A stretch of DNA of 64,000 nucleotides from the human T2T-CHM13v2.0 reference genome, Homo sapiens, in assembly GCF_009914755.1 (NCBI RefSeq), contig NC_060940.1. One strand, 5' to 3'. Position 1 is the first letter of the stretch; each line of letters starts with the position of its first letter. The position numbers and the translations under genes are program-made. The notes below the pieces were generated by a model. That model was not told where the DNA came from, searched no databases, and was given only the letters and a program-made list of their open reading frames with translations. This document shows positions 12,685 to 25,135 of the stretch, one piece after another.

Positions 12685-13180
12685 TTCCTTGGGTCATGTT
12701 TAAGTAAGATTTGCAGCAGCCCATAGATGACTCACTGAAATTTAATCATTAATGGAATATTTTATAAAGGGGCAGTTTATAAATGCATAGTTGAAGTACA
12801 GGGAAACCACAAGGGATGGCACCACCCCCAGGGGCTAGTGATGGCAGGGACAGTTATCTGCCCTGGTCTGAAGGGTTAAGAGGAGAGGAGGGAGCCCTCT
12901 CTGAAGTGGAGACAGTGAGGTGTGTGTGCAGAAGGCCACCTGACGTGTCTGAGACCTTCCTTTGAGAGATACAGCCAGCCCTCAGTGACCCAGCAGGGAA
13001 GAAGCAAGGATAAACACCTGATTCCTTTTCTCCCTGCCTTCCCTCTGTAATGAGTTTTGTCTGTTGGTCAAAACTAGAGACTCACAGAGTGCTTTGGCTG
13101 GGTCCGTAAAGACCAATCTCCAGGGACCAAAGAAAGGTGGTGAAGGGAGGAGCTGGGTAAACAGAAGCTATCCAGCCTGG
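12685..13180 (-). mobile_element. LTR33-family ERVL solo LTR
   Basis: agggaaaccacaagggatgg...cccagcagggaagaagcaaggataaacacctga...aaacagaagctatccagc resembles LTR33 in reverse. Confidence 0.65.
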
Positions 13181-13299
13181 TTTTCATCTATCCAGAGCTG
13201 TACACAAGATGGTGGATTGAAGATGATTAAACACAACACAGTATTATAAGTTTTAGAGGACCAAATAATGTACTTTAAAACTAATGCAAATGTGATTTT

Positions 13300-13495
13300 T
13301 TTGAAGGCTCATTTCATGGTAACACTGTGCGGAGCTCTTAAGTCAAACATCTCTTTCAATCCTCCCAACAATCTAGGAAGATAAGTTATGGTCTCCGTGT
13401 TCTCTAGTAGAAGAAACAGACTTTAAAGATTTTGGTGACATTTTCAAGCAAACTACCATATACAGAGTCAGAGCCCTCAAACTGTGAACTGTATC
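13300..13495 (-). mobile_element. MIR
   Basis: tctttcaatcctcccaacaatctagg...agaagaaacagac. Confidence 0.65.
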
Positions 13496-14449
13496 CTTTT
13501 GGGGTTGCCTTTGTCCCCAAGAACCTCCTTGTCTTCTCTGGTCCTCATTTTTCAACACAGTCAAGAAAATATCTGTTTGTTTCATGACTGAGCATTCATG
13601 AGAGCCAAAAGGAAACAATGATTTATTAAAGTGTCTATGTCAGGAAGTTCTTATTGGCTGCTCCCGTTGTTAATTGAGTGTCTTGAAACCCTTCTGGTGC
13701 TTTGTAATTAGTGCTCCAGGACAAAACATGCTGCTGCTTTTTTCTCATCCCCTAAATTTTGCCATTTCAGCACAAAGGGAGCTCAGGTGCATCAGGAGCC
13801 CCAGCCTCCTGCGACTGGCCTGCATACATACAAATACCCATTCTAGGTGGTTTCCAAAAGGACTCCATTTCTATGGGAATATTTTCCATTGAGCTGTTTA
13901 TGAACTTTCACTTAGTGATTAAAAAATTATTCAAAAGGAGGGCAATAGTAATAAACTTCCACTTTCCGTTTCACCAGCATATCTCAAAACTAAATTAATT
14001 ATCAGCCTGTGTGAATAAAGTTTGTGTCCTGATAAATGTATTCCCTCAAGAATGCTCAATTCACCTTTCCCCAGGTCTCCAGCTCACACACTGCAGTCCA
14101 ATTTCAAATTCTTCCGTCTCACCATGAATCTCCAGTCTTGAAGCCCTCTCCTTGACCCCCTCCTTGGAGGGTGATGTGGTAAATCAAGTCAGCTCTCTGT
14201 GAATGTCTCATCATTCTCCACCTGCCACAGCAATTTTGCCCCCTCTGCTCTCCTCCTGGGGTAAAGAGTCTTTCCTTGTTAGGGCTTAACCCTTTAAACT
14301 AGTCTTCCCCTGCTGGTCCAGGCAAGGAGCCTGTTCCAGCATTTGGTTCTTTCTTCTCCATCTTCTTCAGGTGTTCTCCTTCCTTCTTTAGGTCAGAAAA
14401 GAAATTCATGAAAAACACCATAAAATAAAATTTTAAAAAATCCATTTTC

Positions 14450-14740
14450 TACCTTTCTTGCAAGTGCTTTTATGTTTCTATGCATCTCCTCACATGGGAT
14501 GCTCACATTCAGCCTTTGCTGCAACATTGTGCCTTCCTTTTTGAATGTTCTACCCAATTTTCTCCCGTAAGCCCTTCAACAGCTACCAGTGGCTTCCTAA
14601 TGACCATTCACAGTGTATGCTTCTCAATCTCTGCAGCTTCGAACACTGTTGACTTTCTTCCTTTCCTACCCCAGCCTTGAAATAGGTATCCATGGCAAAA
14701 CATTCAGTCCCTACTCTTAACCTTGCTGTCTGAATGCTGT
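14450..14740 (+). mobile_element. L2 internal (RT-region) relic
   Basis: taccagtggcttcctaatgacc...tctctgcagcttcgaacactgttgac, the L2 ORF2 motif ctctcagcagcatttgacacagttgac. Confidence 0.6.
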
Positions 14741-14764
14741 TGCTTGCCATTGGACTATTCTGGA

Positions 14765-14980
14765 ACAGGAAGTATAGCATTCTAACAGCATGGTATATGA
14801 AGCCCTATTTCCCTGAATCAACTTCTAGTTTTAGCACTTATTAGCTAATAAGTGTATGATCTTAGGCAATTTATTAGGAAAAAAATTAATCTCAGTTTAC
14901 CCAACTATAAAATGGAGATAATAATGCTTTGTAGGAAGGTATATGAATTAATTCATATAAACCAATTTCACAAGCTCTGT
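14765..14980 (+). mobile_element. MIR
   Basis: tgtatgatcttaggcaatttatt...ctcagtttacccaactataaaatggagataataat. Confidence 0.75.
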
Positions 14981-15094
14981 AAAATAAGAATTTCTTCTTA
15001 TTTTATAAATAATACTTATCTTATAAATAATAAGATGTTATTTATGCCAATAATATCTACAAGTTGACATTTTCCAATATTCTGCTTTTAGAAC

Positions 15095-15295
15095 TGTATT
15101 AGGTTCCTATTGTTGTATTAAAAAATTACCCCAAACTTAGTGACTTAAAATACCACAAATTTATTATCATACATTTCTGGAGCTCCGAAGTCCTAAAAAA
15201 TCTAAAGTGTCGGCAGAGCCATAGCGGAGAATCTGCTTTTTTGCCTTTTTCCTGTATCCCTTGGCTTAGGGACTATTCCTCCATGTTCAAAGCTG
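15095..15295 (-). mobile_element. MLT1 (C/D-like) LTR fragment
   Basis: tgtattaggttcctattgttgtattaaaaaattaccccaaacttagtgacttaaaataccacaaatttattatc is the MLT1 3' end in reverse. Confidence 0.8.
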
Positions 15296-15396
15296 CATTT
15301 GCATGGCTTCAACTATCAGTTCTATGTGGAAGATTTTTTCTGATTTTCAGGCCAGTCTCATATCCCCAGAGAAATGCATTCTTATCCCCCCAACTA

Positions 15397-15450
15397 TTTG
15401 CCATTGAAAGTAATGGCAAAAACCACCATTAGTTTTGCACCAACCTAGTA
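15397..15450. mobile_element. MADE1 (Hsmar1-derived MITE), left arm mostly lost
   Basis: tttgccattgaaagtaatggcaaaaaccaccattagttttgcaccaacctagta is the centre and right TIR of MADE1. Confidence 0.85.
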
Positions 15451-15717
15451 GTTGCAGGTCGTCTCCCTGTGGCTGCACTCCACACAAATACAAGTAAACG
15501 CATCACAATCCTATAACTAATTCTGTTCCTTGTCCTGATGAGCTTCCTTCTACAAATGGCCCTAATATTCCCTCCCTTTCCCAGTATTTATTGAGGGATG
15601 AAGAGTCTTTCTGTCAACTTTCAGTGAGAAGAAGTAAATAAAACAGCTTTGATGGATACCCCCATGAACCTGAGTGAAAGGGATACTCCTTTAAATCATA
15701 GTTATTTCGTTTGCTAA

Positions 15718-16177
15718 GCATGGTGGCCCTGAGAATATGCCTCCCAGAGCCTCCACCACAGGGAACACGACTGACATGTGACCCCAGATGCTGTACTCTG
15801 AAGCCCATGACAGTATTTGGGCTGACGCTATGGTTTTTATTATCTTTCCTCACCAAAGACTTCAGCAAGGGAGGGATACTAAGGCAAATCTGTTTCTGGG
15901 AATCTTCAAACTCATTCAACAGCTGATCTTGGCTCCAGGGCTTCCATATGGCCTTGCAGGACCTTTCTTAGACTGCAGAGAAGTCCAGAACACTTTTTAC
16001 TTAGCCTTCCTTTCCTCTCTCCTTCACTCAAGGTCAGATTTTCATCTCAGTTTGATAGCTCTCCCCGCTCCTCCCAGCTTCGTCCCCATTTTTTCTCACC
16101 CGGCTGTTTCCCCTAATATAATAATTGGTCTTCAATTTTAACTTGCATTTGCTCCTCAGGAGATCTGAACTTATATG
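15718..16177 (+). mobile_element. LTR16A/B-like ERVL solo LTR
   Basis: atgcctcccaga...gggatactaaggca...ggccttgcaggacctttcttagactgca...tgtttcccctaata. Confidence 0.75.
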
Positions 16178-16827
16178 TCATAGTCTGAGTTTGGAGGGTT
16201 GAAGGGTCAAGACCTGATGGTGAAGCCCACTTCCTTTGAGTTCCCTGGATTCCAGGAAGACAGAATTTACAACTGCCAGTAAGGGAGCAACCAGACGATG
16301 CAAACTCCTTGGCACCAAGAAGAGAATGTGGGAGGAAAATGAGATGTTTTAGAAACAACAGAGGAATCTGTGAGACAGGGCTGCTGTGAGATGATGTCAC
16401 ACTTGACATAAATTGACAGTTAATTGCCTGGAGATTTGGGAACAGTTCAGGGGTGTGTGTATGAGAGAGATTGTGCATACCATGAACAATGGACACAAAT
16501 ATATATGCCTGCTTCTGTGTTGTGTGTCTCTCTGAATTAGTGTTCCCTGGTCCACTTCATAGGATATTTCACCAGCACCTGGGACTGACTGTAAGGGGGA
16601 AATGGATTTGCTCATGGACCTTTCAGCAGAGGGAAAAATGGGTAGAAGCTTCTAGGAAGCGGGAATAATTTCATGTAAAGAGGGCTTTTCCTGAAGACAC
16701 CTGACAGAGTGGGTAGCTGGAGGCATATCTGCCATAGATACAAGGACTTTCTGCCGTGGGTGGGAAGCTGGACTGGGAAGCCCACAAGACCTTCCACCTC
16801 AGACAGTTGTAGAAATTCAAAAGTCCC

Positions 16828-17010
16828 AGCAGTTTTCTAAACCTGGCAGGTCACTTGAATCACATGGGAGGCCATTAAACACACCCCAAATATTCTAAAT
16901 TTGGATTTCAAGGGAAGGGCTTGAAAGGAAGAGCAAGGAACCTGGATAAAACTCTAAAACCTTCTTTCCCTTGCAATTGAATTAGCCAGCCTAATTTGAA
17001 AACCACACTG
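16828..17010. mobile_element. MER5-family hAT relic
   Basis: cagcagttttctaaacctggc...gaatcacatggga...tttgaaaaccacactg TIR-like ends. Confidence 0.55.
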
Positions 17011-17114
17011 CTTTGTTGAACAGAATTCCCGGAACCACCCCAGACTTGAAGTATCATTCAGCTATGTCTTCACATGGGAAATGTGTTGTGCTATCAGAAG
17101 TTGAATTGCTTGTT

Positions 17115-17645
17115 TCAATGTGTTTAAGACAATGTACCTCCGAATCTGGCAGGAATGAGTTTAAATTCTGACTCTGCTACTTATCATCTGAGTGATCTTG
17201 AATAAGATATTCAACTTCTCAGAACCTCAGATTTCTTCGCTGTAAAATAAGGATGGTAATGACACCTTTTTCCTAAATTTACTGAAATTATCAAGTGGGA
17301 TAATGATAACAGTTAACATTCATTTTCAACTTGCTCTGTGCCAGTCACTATTTCAACTCATGTATTAGCTCATTTGTTTGTAGCAACTGTCTGAAGAAGG
17401 TTCAGCTATGATTCCCGCTTTACAGATGGAAAGATTGAGGCATCAAGAGGTCACATAACTTGCTAAGGTTTGCACAACTAAACGGGATACAGCTGATATT
17501 TAAACCTAGGCAATTCAGTCAAAATCTACTTTTCAGGATAGTATGCTTTATACACACATACTATGCTATGTGTGTATAAAGCACTTAACCCAGAGCTTGG
17601 AACACACTATGTGCTCCATAACTATTAGCTAATGTTATAATCACT
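17115..17645 (+). mobile_element. MIR (+) split by a nested MIR (-) at ~17300-17545
   Basis: MIR head and core on + to ~17300, then a near-complete reverse MIR, then the + MIR tail (tgtataaagcacttaacccagagcttggaacac). Confidence 0.75.
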
Positions 17646-18304
17646 GCTTTTACCCTGGGACTTACAGTGAATTGTCACAACTCTCCAGCATCTGCAATAT
17701 TCCTACTTAGCTGCTTGCAAAGCCAGAACACCTGTGTCTTCATGCCCTCTCCTTTTTGTGCCCAGCCCCTGTCTCAGTGATGAGCAGGACAGCATGCATG
17801 GATCATTAACTTACTGAGACTGAGAATGTCAAATTCAAGACCTGTTGAATAAGGTCAGTAAGTAATAGTAGTTGCTGTATTTCTCATAAGTGTTGAAAAG
17901 GAATCCTTACAGAAATACATTACTTTAATCCTAATGTATTTTGACTTCTTCAGGATGCACAGGTGTCCAGGGAACTGTAGTGTCAGTATCTCTGAGACCT
18001 TAGGAGAACTTCTTTTGAATCTAAAGGAGGGGGAGTTGAAAGGCATCTCTATTATAGCAAAAAGAAATTAGAGGGCTGATTCATCCTATTCTGTAGGGAA
18101 AGCAGAACTCTGCTCAGAGATCTTGAAGTAAGTAAAACATGGTAGTTACTTTTGGAGGAAAATAAAGTACCATCGAATGTAGAATCTGATGGTTTCAGTG
18201 AAGGTAATAAATGGTGCTTTGATGACAACTGTATTCATTAGACATATTTGTGGCTTTCCTCCTCCTTTCTCTTGCAGATAAATTCTCACTCAGGCCCTAC
18301 AGAG

Positions 18305-18970
18305 ATAGGTGCGTGGTTTTAGAGATCATCAGATGTGGGTTTAAGATCACTTTTGCCACTTCCCATATGCGAGATCTTGGGCAGGACCCTCACCCTCTCT
18401 GAACCTTGGCCTCTTCTTTCTGAAATGTTGGTAATTGATATGGTTTGGATATTTGTCCCCATCCAAATTTCATGTTGAATTGCAATCCCCAGCATTGGAG
18501 GTGGGACCTGGTGGGAGGTGACTGGAGCATGGGGACAGATTTCTCCTAAATGGTTTACTACCATCTTGGTACTGTTCTCATGATAGTGAGTGAGTTCTTA
18601 TGAGATCTGGTCGTTTAAAAGCACATAGCACCTCCCTCTTTGCTCTGTCTTGCACCTGCTCTGGCCATGTGTTGTGCCTGCCTCCCTTTCACCTTCCACC
18701 ATGACTGGAAGCTTCCCGAAGCCTCCCCACAAGCAGAGCAGACATTGGCATCATGCTTCCTGTAAAGCCTACAGAACCATGAGCCAATTACACCTTTCTT
18801 CTTTTTAAACTACCCTGTCTCACGTACTTCTATATAGTGACGTAAGAATGGACTAATACAGTAATACTCTTACACTTATTGTAGAGATGTTGTGGGACAA
18901 CATAAGACAATTGTAAACACAGTCTGTGCCTGCAAGTTCAGCCAGGCACTCTGTAGAGATCAATACTGTC
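18305..18970 (+). mobile_element. MIR interrupted by MSTA
   Basis: gatcttgggcaggaccctcaccctctctgaacc before the LTR. The MIR tail resumes after 18865. Confidence 0.65.
18436..18860 (+). mobile_element. MSTA MaLR solo LTR
   Basis: tgatatggtttggat...catcatgcttcctgtaaagcc...gactaataca. Perfect 5-bp TSD gtaat (18431-18435; 18861-18865). Confidence 0.92.
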
Positions 18971-19309
18971 CCTAGGATGCTGTGAATTTTCATATTGGTA
19001 CGTCTGAGCCTGAGTAACACTTGGCAACCAGAGTGAGCCCCAGAACTGGCTCATGTGGAGGTCAGTGACAAACCTTTGACATTTGATACAATCAAAACCA
19101 AGCCGCTTTGTTTAAAATGCTCATCAAATACCTACCATGCACACTGTGTATATAAAAGTCATTGTCACAAAAGCCCTTTTTCAGAATCTCTAGCTTGCCA
19201 TTTCTCTCAGATTTCTTATTGTCCTCTGGGTCAAAAACACTGCAAAATTTCATTCCTTTACCACAGCAAGCTTTTATTTCTGGTGTACACACCCGAGTGT
19301 TATCTGGAA

Positions 19310-19592
19310 TGTGGCTGCTCTAAGCTGGGCCTCTGCTGGATTTAACTCTAGACTATTGGTTGAGCTAAGGTCTTCTTCCTGTGTCTCTTATTTTTCTAGG
19401 GATAGCAGAAATGAAAGAGGCAAGTCCAACCACACAAACATATCTCAAGCCTTTGCTTGAACTACATCCAATAGTACCTGCTGGTCAAACCAAGTCACAA
19501 GGATAACCCAACTGTAAGACCATGGCAAGGTGATGAATGTCTACAAATACCGCAAATGGGTGAAGAATTGAGACCATATCTCATTCTGTCAT
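19310..19592 (-). mobile_element. MLT1H/I-like LTR fragment
   Basis: agaggcaagtccaaccacacaaacatatctcaagcctttgctt...ggtcaaaccaagtcac...gggtgaagaattg. Confidence 0.7.
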
Positions 19593-20103
19593 ACCTGGAA
19601 CTCCAAATTTCCCAGTTCTTTTAAACTTTTATGAGTTAGGTACTTTCAAGTTGTGTAGGACAGACTCACCTGGTTTGGGTGAATTAAGTCTATGGAAAGG
19701 GAACAGAAAACATGTGAGGAAACACTTATCCCATCTATTCCATCTTATCTTGATGGAATTAGAATTTAGGGATTCACTTTTCAGGGACAAAAAGCATTCA
19801 GGAAGGTGCCTCACACAAAATGGCTACTCAGGAAATGTTTATGGAGAGGACATGTGAATCAGTGAGGAGCGGCTGTAGCACTGGTCACCTTGCCGTTTTC
19901 CCAGAAGTAGCCTCCATTGCTCCCTCCTCTGTGGTCTTCAATATTCTCATGATTCAACTTCCCTGTCTTCTTTGGTTCTTCCAGTTACTGCTGTATCCCT
20001 TAAACTCGCCCAAAAGGAAGGATTGTGTTGCATTAATTAGCTGTCTTTCTATCTACTGGGCAGAGATCTTATGATATGCTGCCTCATTGGCATGAATCAG
20101 CCA

Positions 20104-20437
<334 letters not shown>

Positions 20438-20909
20438 TGAATCAGCCAGTTTTAAAAGGCTTCTTTTTAAGTTGCTGGTCACTGGTTGAATCGCAAAGAG
20501 TGTAAGGACCATGCAAGGAATTCCCTATGGCTGCATTCTTCAGCAAGGGTCTGTGGGTTTTGCTATTGCTTAGAGACTCAAGGATTTTGTGTTGGGTTGC
20601 CCCATCTCTTGCTTTGTGATTCTGCCTCTTGGGATTTGGAAAGGTAACCTGGATCTAGCACAGAGAGGTCTTTCTCCCTTTGAAGTGTTCATCATGATCT
20701 GATGAGTCAACAGTGCCTCGTCTCATTGTTTGCTACACTAGCTGGCTGGAACACTACCCTCCCAGCAGAGCACTCCCTGCCAGAGCATGATACTGCCACT
20801 GCCAATTGAAGCACGGCTATGTTTTTACATCTTGTAGCAATAACCCTCCTTCCTCAATCATTGAAGACTGATCAGCTGGGCCAAAACCAAAGCAATATAA
20901 CCCAGGGTC

Positions 20910-21000
20910 GTGTGTGTACATGCATATGTGGTGTGTGTATGTGCACATATGCATGTAGTGTATATGTATGCACATGTATGTAAGAGCACGCACACACGTG
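20910..21000. repeat. Alternating purine-pyrimidine (TG/CA/TA) low-complexity tract
   Basis: gtgtgtgtacatgcatatgtg...gcacacacgtg. Confidence 0.85.
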
Positions 21001-21239
21001 TTCTTTTTAATATAAAGAAATGCCTTTAGAGAATGAAATGCACTGGGGGCATCCAAGGTGAGGAGACTTGAGGGAATGTTTTTTGTTTTTTTTCTTGGCA
21101 AATCAGTGAAAGATGGGCAGATAAGTATGGTGAACCCCTAGTGTGAAGTAGAGAAATTGGAGGCTGGAGTTATAGAGGCAGATGTTGAAGAACGTGGAAG
21201 CTTCTAGAAGAGCTGAAAACGTCCATAGACTGAGTAATC

Positions 21240-21538
21240 GGCCAGGCACAGTGGCTCACACATGTAATCCCAGCAGTTTGGGAGGCTGAGGCGGGCAGAT
21301 CACCTGAGGTCAGGAGTTCGAGACCTGCCTGGCCAACATGGTGAAACCCCGTCTCTACAAAAATACAAAAATTAGCTGGGCATGTTGGTGGGTGCCTGTA
21401 ATCCCAGCTACTCTGGAGGCCCGAGACAGGAGAATTGCTTGAACCCGGCTGGCGGAGGTTGCAGTGAGCCAAGATCGCACCACTGCACTCCAGCCTGGGA
21501 GACAGAGTGAAACTCCAACTCAAAAAAAAAAAAAAAAA
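21240..21538 (+). mobile_element. AluS (Sx/Sq-like)
   Basis: Full dimeric Alu with gatcacctgaggtcagg, A tail and gagtaat on both flanks. Confidence 0.95.
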
Positions 21539-23293
21539 TGCGAGTAATGAAGGGCAGATTCAGGACCGGGACTGGATGCTCACTCAGTAGGTTGCTGTGT
21601 CCCGCAAGGTAGGAGGTGTTCTGTGGGTGAAAGGCAAAGACAGAGAGGACATCAGGTCAGAACATTCCAAGTGAGACTCTACGTTCCTTGAAGACTCCAT
21701 TGTCTCATTTCTTTTTATATCTCCAGTGCCAAAGACCTAAGTGAGCCCTCTGGATATTAGATAAATAAATTAACTTATTAAAGGATGAAAGAGTGAACTA
21801 CTAAGTTAATTTGAAATTGAAATATAGGGTAAGGCCTGCACTTACACAGAGAAAATGAACTTTCAAAAATGTACAAAGCAGACAAAGGGGAGACGGAGAG
21901 AGAGAATGAAGACTGAATGGGTATCCAACTGATACCTGGAACATGGCAGTGTGAGTAGCTGAAAAAGGAAAAGACCTCAAGGAATGGGGCTGTCTGTGGG
22001 GCCTATATTTATGTTGACATCACTCACAAGTACAAGTCTGCATCCCTGGGTGTCCTCAGACAAGCATATAGTTTGCATATCGTATTACCTTTTGTGTTAG
22101 TAATCACTGATTTTGAATCTTAGCTGACTGTGGAGGTGCTGTTCTGCCTTTGACATGGCAGTGTGAGCTGGAGAGGGATGGGGAGATGAAGAAGCCACAT
22201 GTCCCAGGAATATCAGGATCCTATAAACTTATTCTGGGTAAGGCAGTGGCAAGGGTGACCAGCAAAGTGGTGCCTGAAGGCTGGGAATCCAGTCATGTCA
22301 ATTTTCTTGTTTGTTTCTCTCTGGCACCTTCTCTAGGCCCAGAGCCTAGATGAGGCTGTGTGGACCAGTGATACAATGGAGACTTTAATTTTCTCGATTA
22401 GTGCAGAGGATGAAGAAATCTCAGCAGTCATGCTGTATTCAAGGTGCAGGGTATTGCCTGCTTCTGTTCTCAATGCTGGCTCTCGTAGCTTAACCCACCT
22501 ATACAGAAGTGACTTGTTTTCATCCCCGTCCTGGCCAGTGACTCTTTAACCAGGCAATGTGATTTACGTTTAGATGTTAGTTTAATCCCTTTGTTTCTTA
22601 ATGAAGCTGCCCTTGTTAAAATCCCTGGGACCTAATCATAGAAATTCTCTCTAGCCCCACGTCTCCGTTCAACAACTGCTTAGCAAATTTCTCATCAGTC
22701 CCATTTTTTTTTTTACCAGCTCCCCTCAATAGCCATTTCTTGTCTCCAAGGTTTTTTGAAGCCCAGAGGCTTTTCTTGTCAGGCAATTCTCTTATTTCAG
22801 CCCTGCAGTGAACTATCCATATACTGTATCACATCATGATTTTTTTTTTTCTCTGCAACCTCTCCCTTCCCCTTGAAACAACTTACCTTTATCTGTGTTC
22901 CAACCCCAATCTGTTGCGTCTAGAAGTCAGAGAGCCAACTGCCAATCATTCTAGAATTCAGCATTTTCAAAGTTCATCTTTGAAATGGATAGCCTCTTGT
23001 TCTGCAGAAAAGCAAGGATCCTAGAAAAAACATGCAAACTGCATTTCAAGGAGGATGGCATCATCTTTTTGTTTCTCTTGGAATGACTCAGGAGTGAGGA
23101 AACAGGAATACATTACTGTGGTTCCCACTCATCTTGGCCTACCAATCTCTCCCATCTTTCTAGGTACAGCCCATCTTGTGATGGGCTGGGACCTGGGCCC
23201 CTCCTGGACTTACGTTCAGGATTTCAAATAACTTGGATGGCAGTCTAGCCAAGGAAGCCAAAAGCTTCCATCTCTTCCTTGTCGTTTGTGTGG

Positions 23294-23600
23294 GTTTTTT
23301 GGTTTGGGTTTTTTTTTTTTTTTTAGAGACAGAGTCTCACTTTATCATCCAGGCTGGAGTGCAGTGGCACAATCACGGCTCACTGCCGCCTTGAACTCCT
23401 GGGCTCAAGTGATTCTCCCACCTCAGCCTCCTGAGTAGCTAGAATTACAGGTGCATGCCACCAGGACCAGCTATTTATTTATTTATTGTAGAGGTGGGGT
23501 CTTGCTATGTTGCCTAGGCTGATTTTGAACTCCTGGTCTGAAGTGATCCATCTTGGCCTCCAAAGTACTGGGATTACAGGTGTGAGCCACTGTGCCCCAC
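23294..23600 (-). mobile_element. AluJ
   Basis: J diagnostics: ctcctgggctcaagtgat, aatcacggctcactgc, gggtcttgctatgttgccta. Confidence 0.93.
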
Positions 23601-24914
23601 AGTATATCTTTTTAAAATGAAGACTTTCTTATCAGATTTCAGCACCAAGGCTCATACATATGTTGACTCAAGAATTAAAGGGCTTTAGTTTCATGTGCTG
23701 GCACTAATCAATGGCTCTGGTTTGAGAACAATTTTGAAACCATACTCGTCTCATTGGAAAAGAGGGCAGTAGTGGTGCCTACCAGAGATAGGGCATGAGG
23801 AAGCAGTAGTAGCATCCCTGCCATGCACCTGCCATCCTTGATTTGATAAAGTCCAGAAGCACATCTGATCACACCATCTTGCACAATGGCCTTCTCCCAA
23901 GCAACAGTGACAACTTAGATGGCCTGGAAAACTATTTCAAACTAATAGCAACATGTCTACCAAGAGTGCATTATTAATGACACATTCAACTGAAAAATTG
24001 ATCACACGCTCTTAGGTATTACATGGGTCACATTTGCAATAATTTTGGTTTTTACTGCTGAAAGGCAAATTTAAGGTAAAAATCAAATACTTTAAAAGTA
24101 TATATCTTAATATGCCTTCCTCTTAACATTCATCTAGTAAGGGGGGAGATGTAGAATTTTGATATAAATTGGCCAGCCTTATGTTGATTTATCTTTAACA
24201 CAGATTTCAACTCCTTCACTTCAGTTGCCATGAACTGCAAGGCCCTTGTTCAGTCTGGCTTTTCATCTCTTTCCTGCCCAAGTCCAATTTAGCTCTTATA
24301 AAACAACCAGACTACTGCAATCCCTCATCTCACGGCAACCTCCAGGACATAATATATAAAACTTACCCTTGACATGTGGGTGGGTCAAATAAGTGATCAA
24401 AGGGCAAGTCATGATCTGAAAGCATGGTAATCTCAAGCAACCGCTGATGTGAACATTGCGTGTGGCACAGTGAAACTCAAAGGACTCCTGATTTTGGCAA
24501 TAAAAACGATTGTGTCTATAAACTGAGAGAATTATAGAAGTTTGAGCACAGCTGATCTTAGCCTTGAACATAGTTGAGGAAGAGGGAAGGAGAAATTTAA
24601 AACTTTAATTCTGCCAATTTAACAAAACCGCTTCACATCATTATCTAGGATGAGAGTGATATAAAGAAATTTACCAGAACTTTTTCCATTAATCAAAAAG
24701 AAGGTAGTGAATGAGATGGAGGATCAATCATGTCAAAAATTTCAGAAAGGGATGAGGAAATAATTTCTAGCAAATTATATAATAAAAGTATGTTTCCACT
24801 GAAAGGAGCATTGAGGAAGAAGAAGAGTATTTCGTAGAAGTGAAACGGCACTGATTAACCTCATTAAGGACATGACTTCCTCATACTTTAATAGGAAGTG
24901 GTAAACTTCAGAAT

Positions 24915-25033
24915 GAGACCAGCACTATGTTGAAGTATGTCCTAGTCCAGCCTCTGTTGTGAGCTAGCTGGGAAAGCATGGCCTTATCTGTTTCAGTATC
25001 CTTATTTGTGAAATGAAGAGCTTGGCCTGAAAT
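24915..25033 (+). mobile_element. MIR (MIRc/MIR3-like)
   Basis: tttcagtatccttatttgtgaaatgaagagcttggc. Confidence 0.55.
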
Positions 25034-25135
25034 CAGCAGCTCTCAAATTTTCGTGGGCATCAGAATCACCAAGGATGTTTGTAAATGTTTTTAAAAGTCA
25101 ATTTTCAAGACTCCATTAAATGGAGATTTTGATAT
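25034..25135 (+). mobile_element. MER5-family fragment
   Basis: cagcagctctcaaattttcgtgggcatcagaatcacc. Confidence 0.65.
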
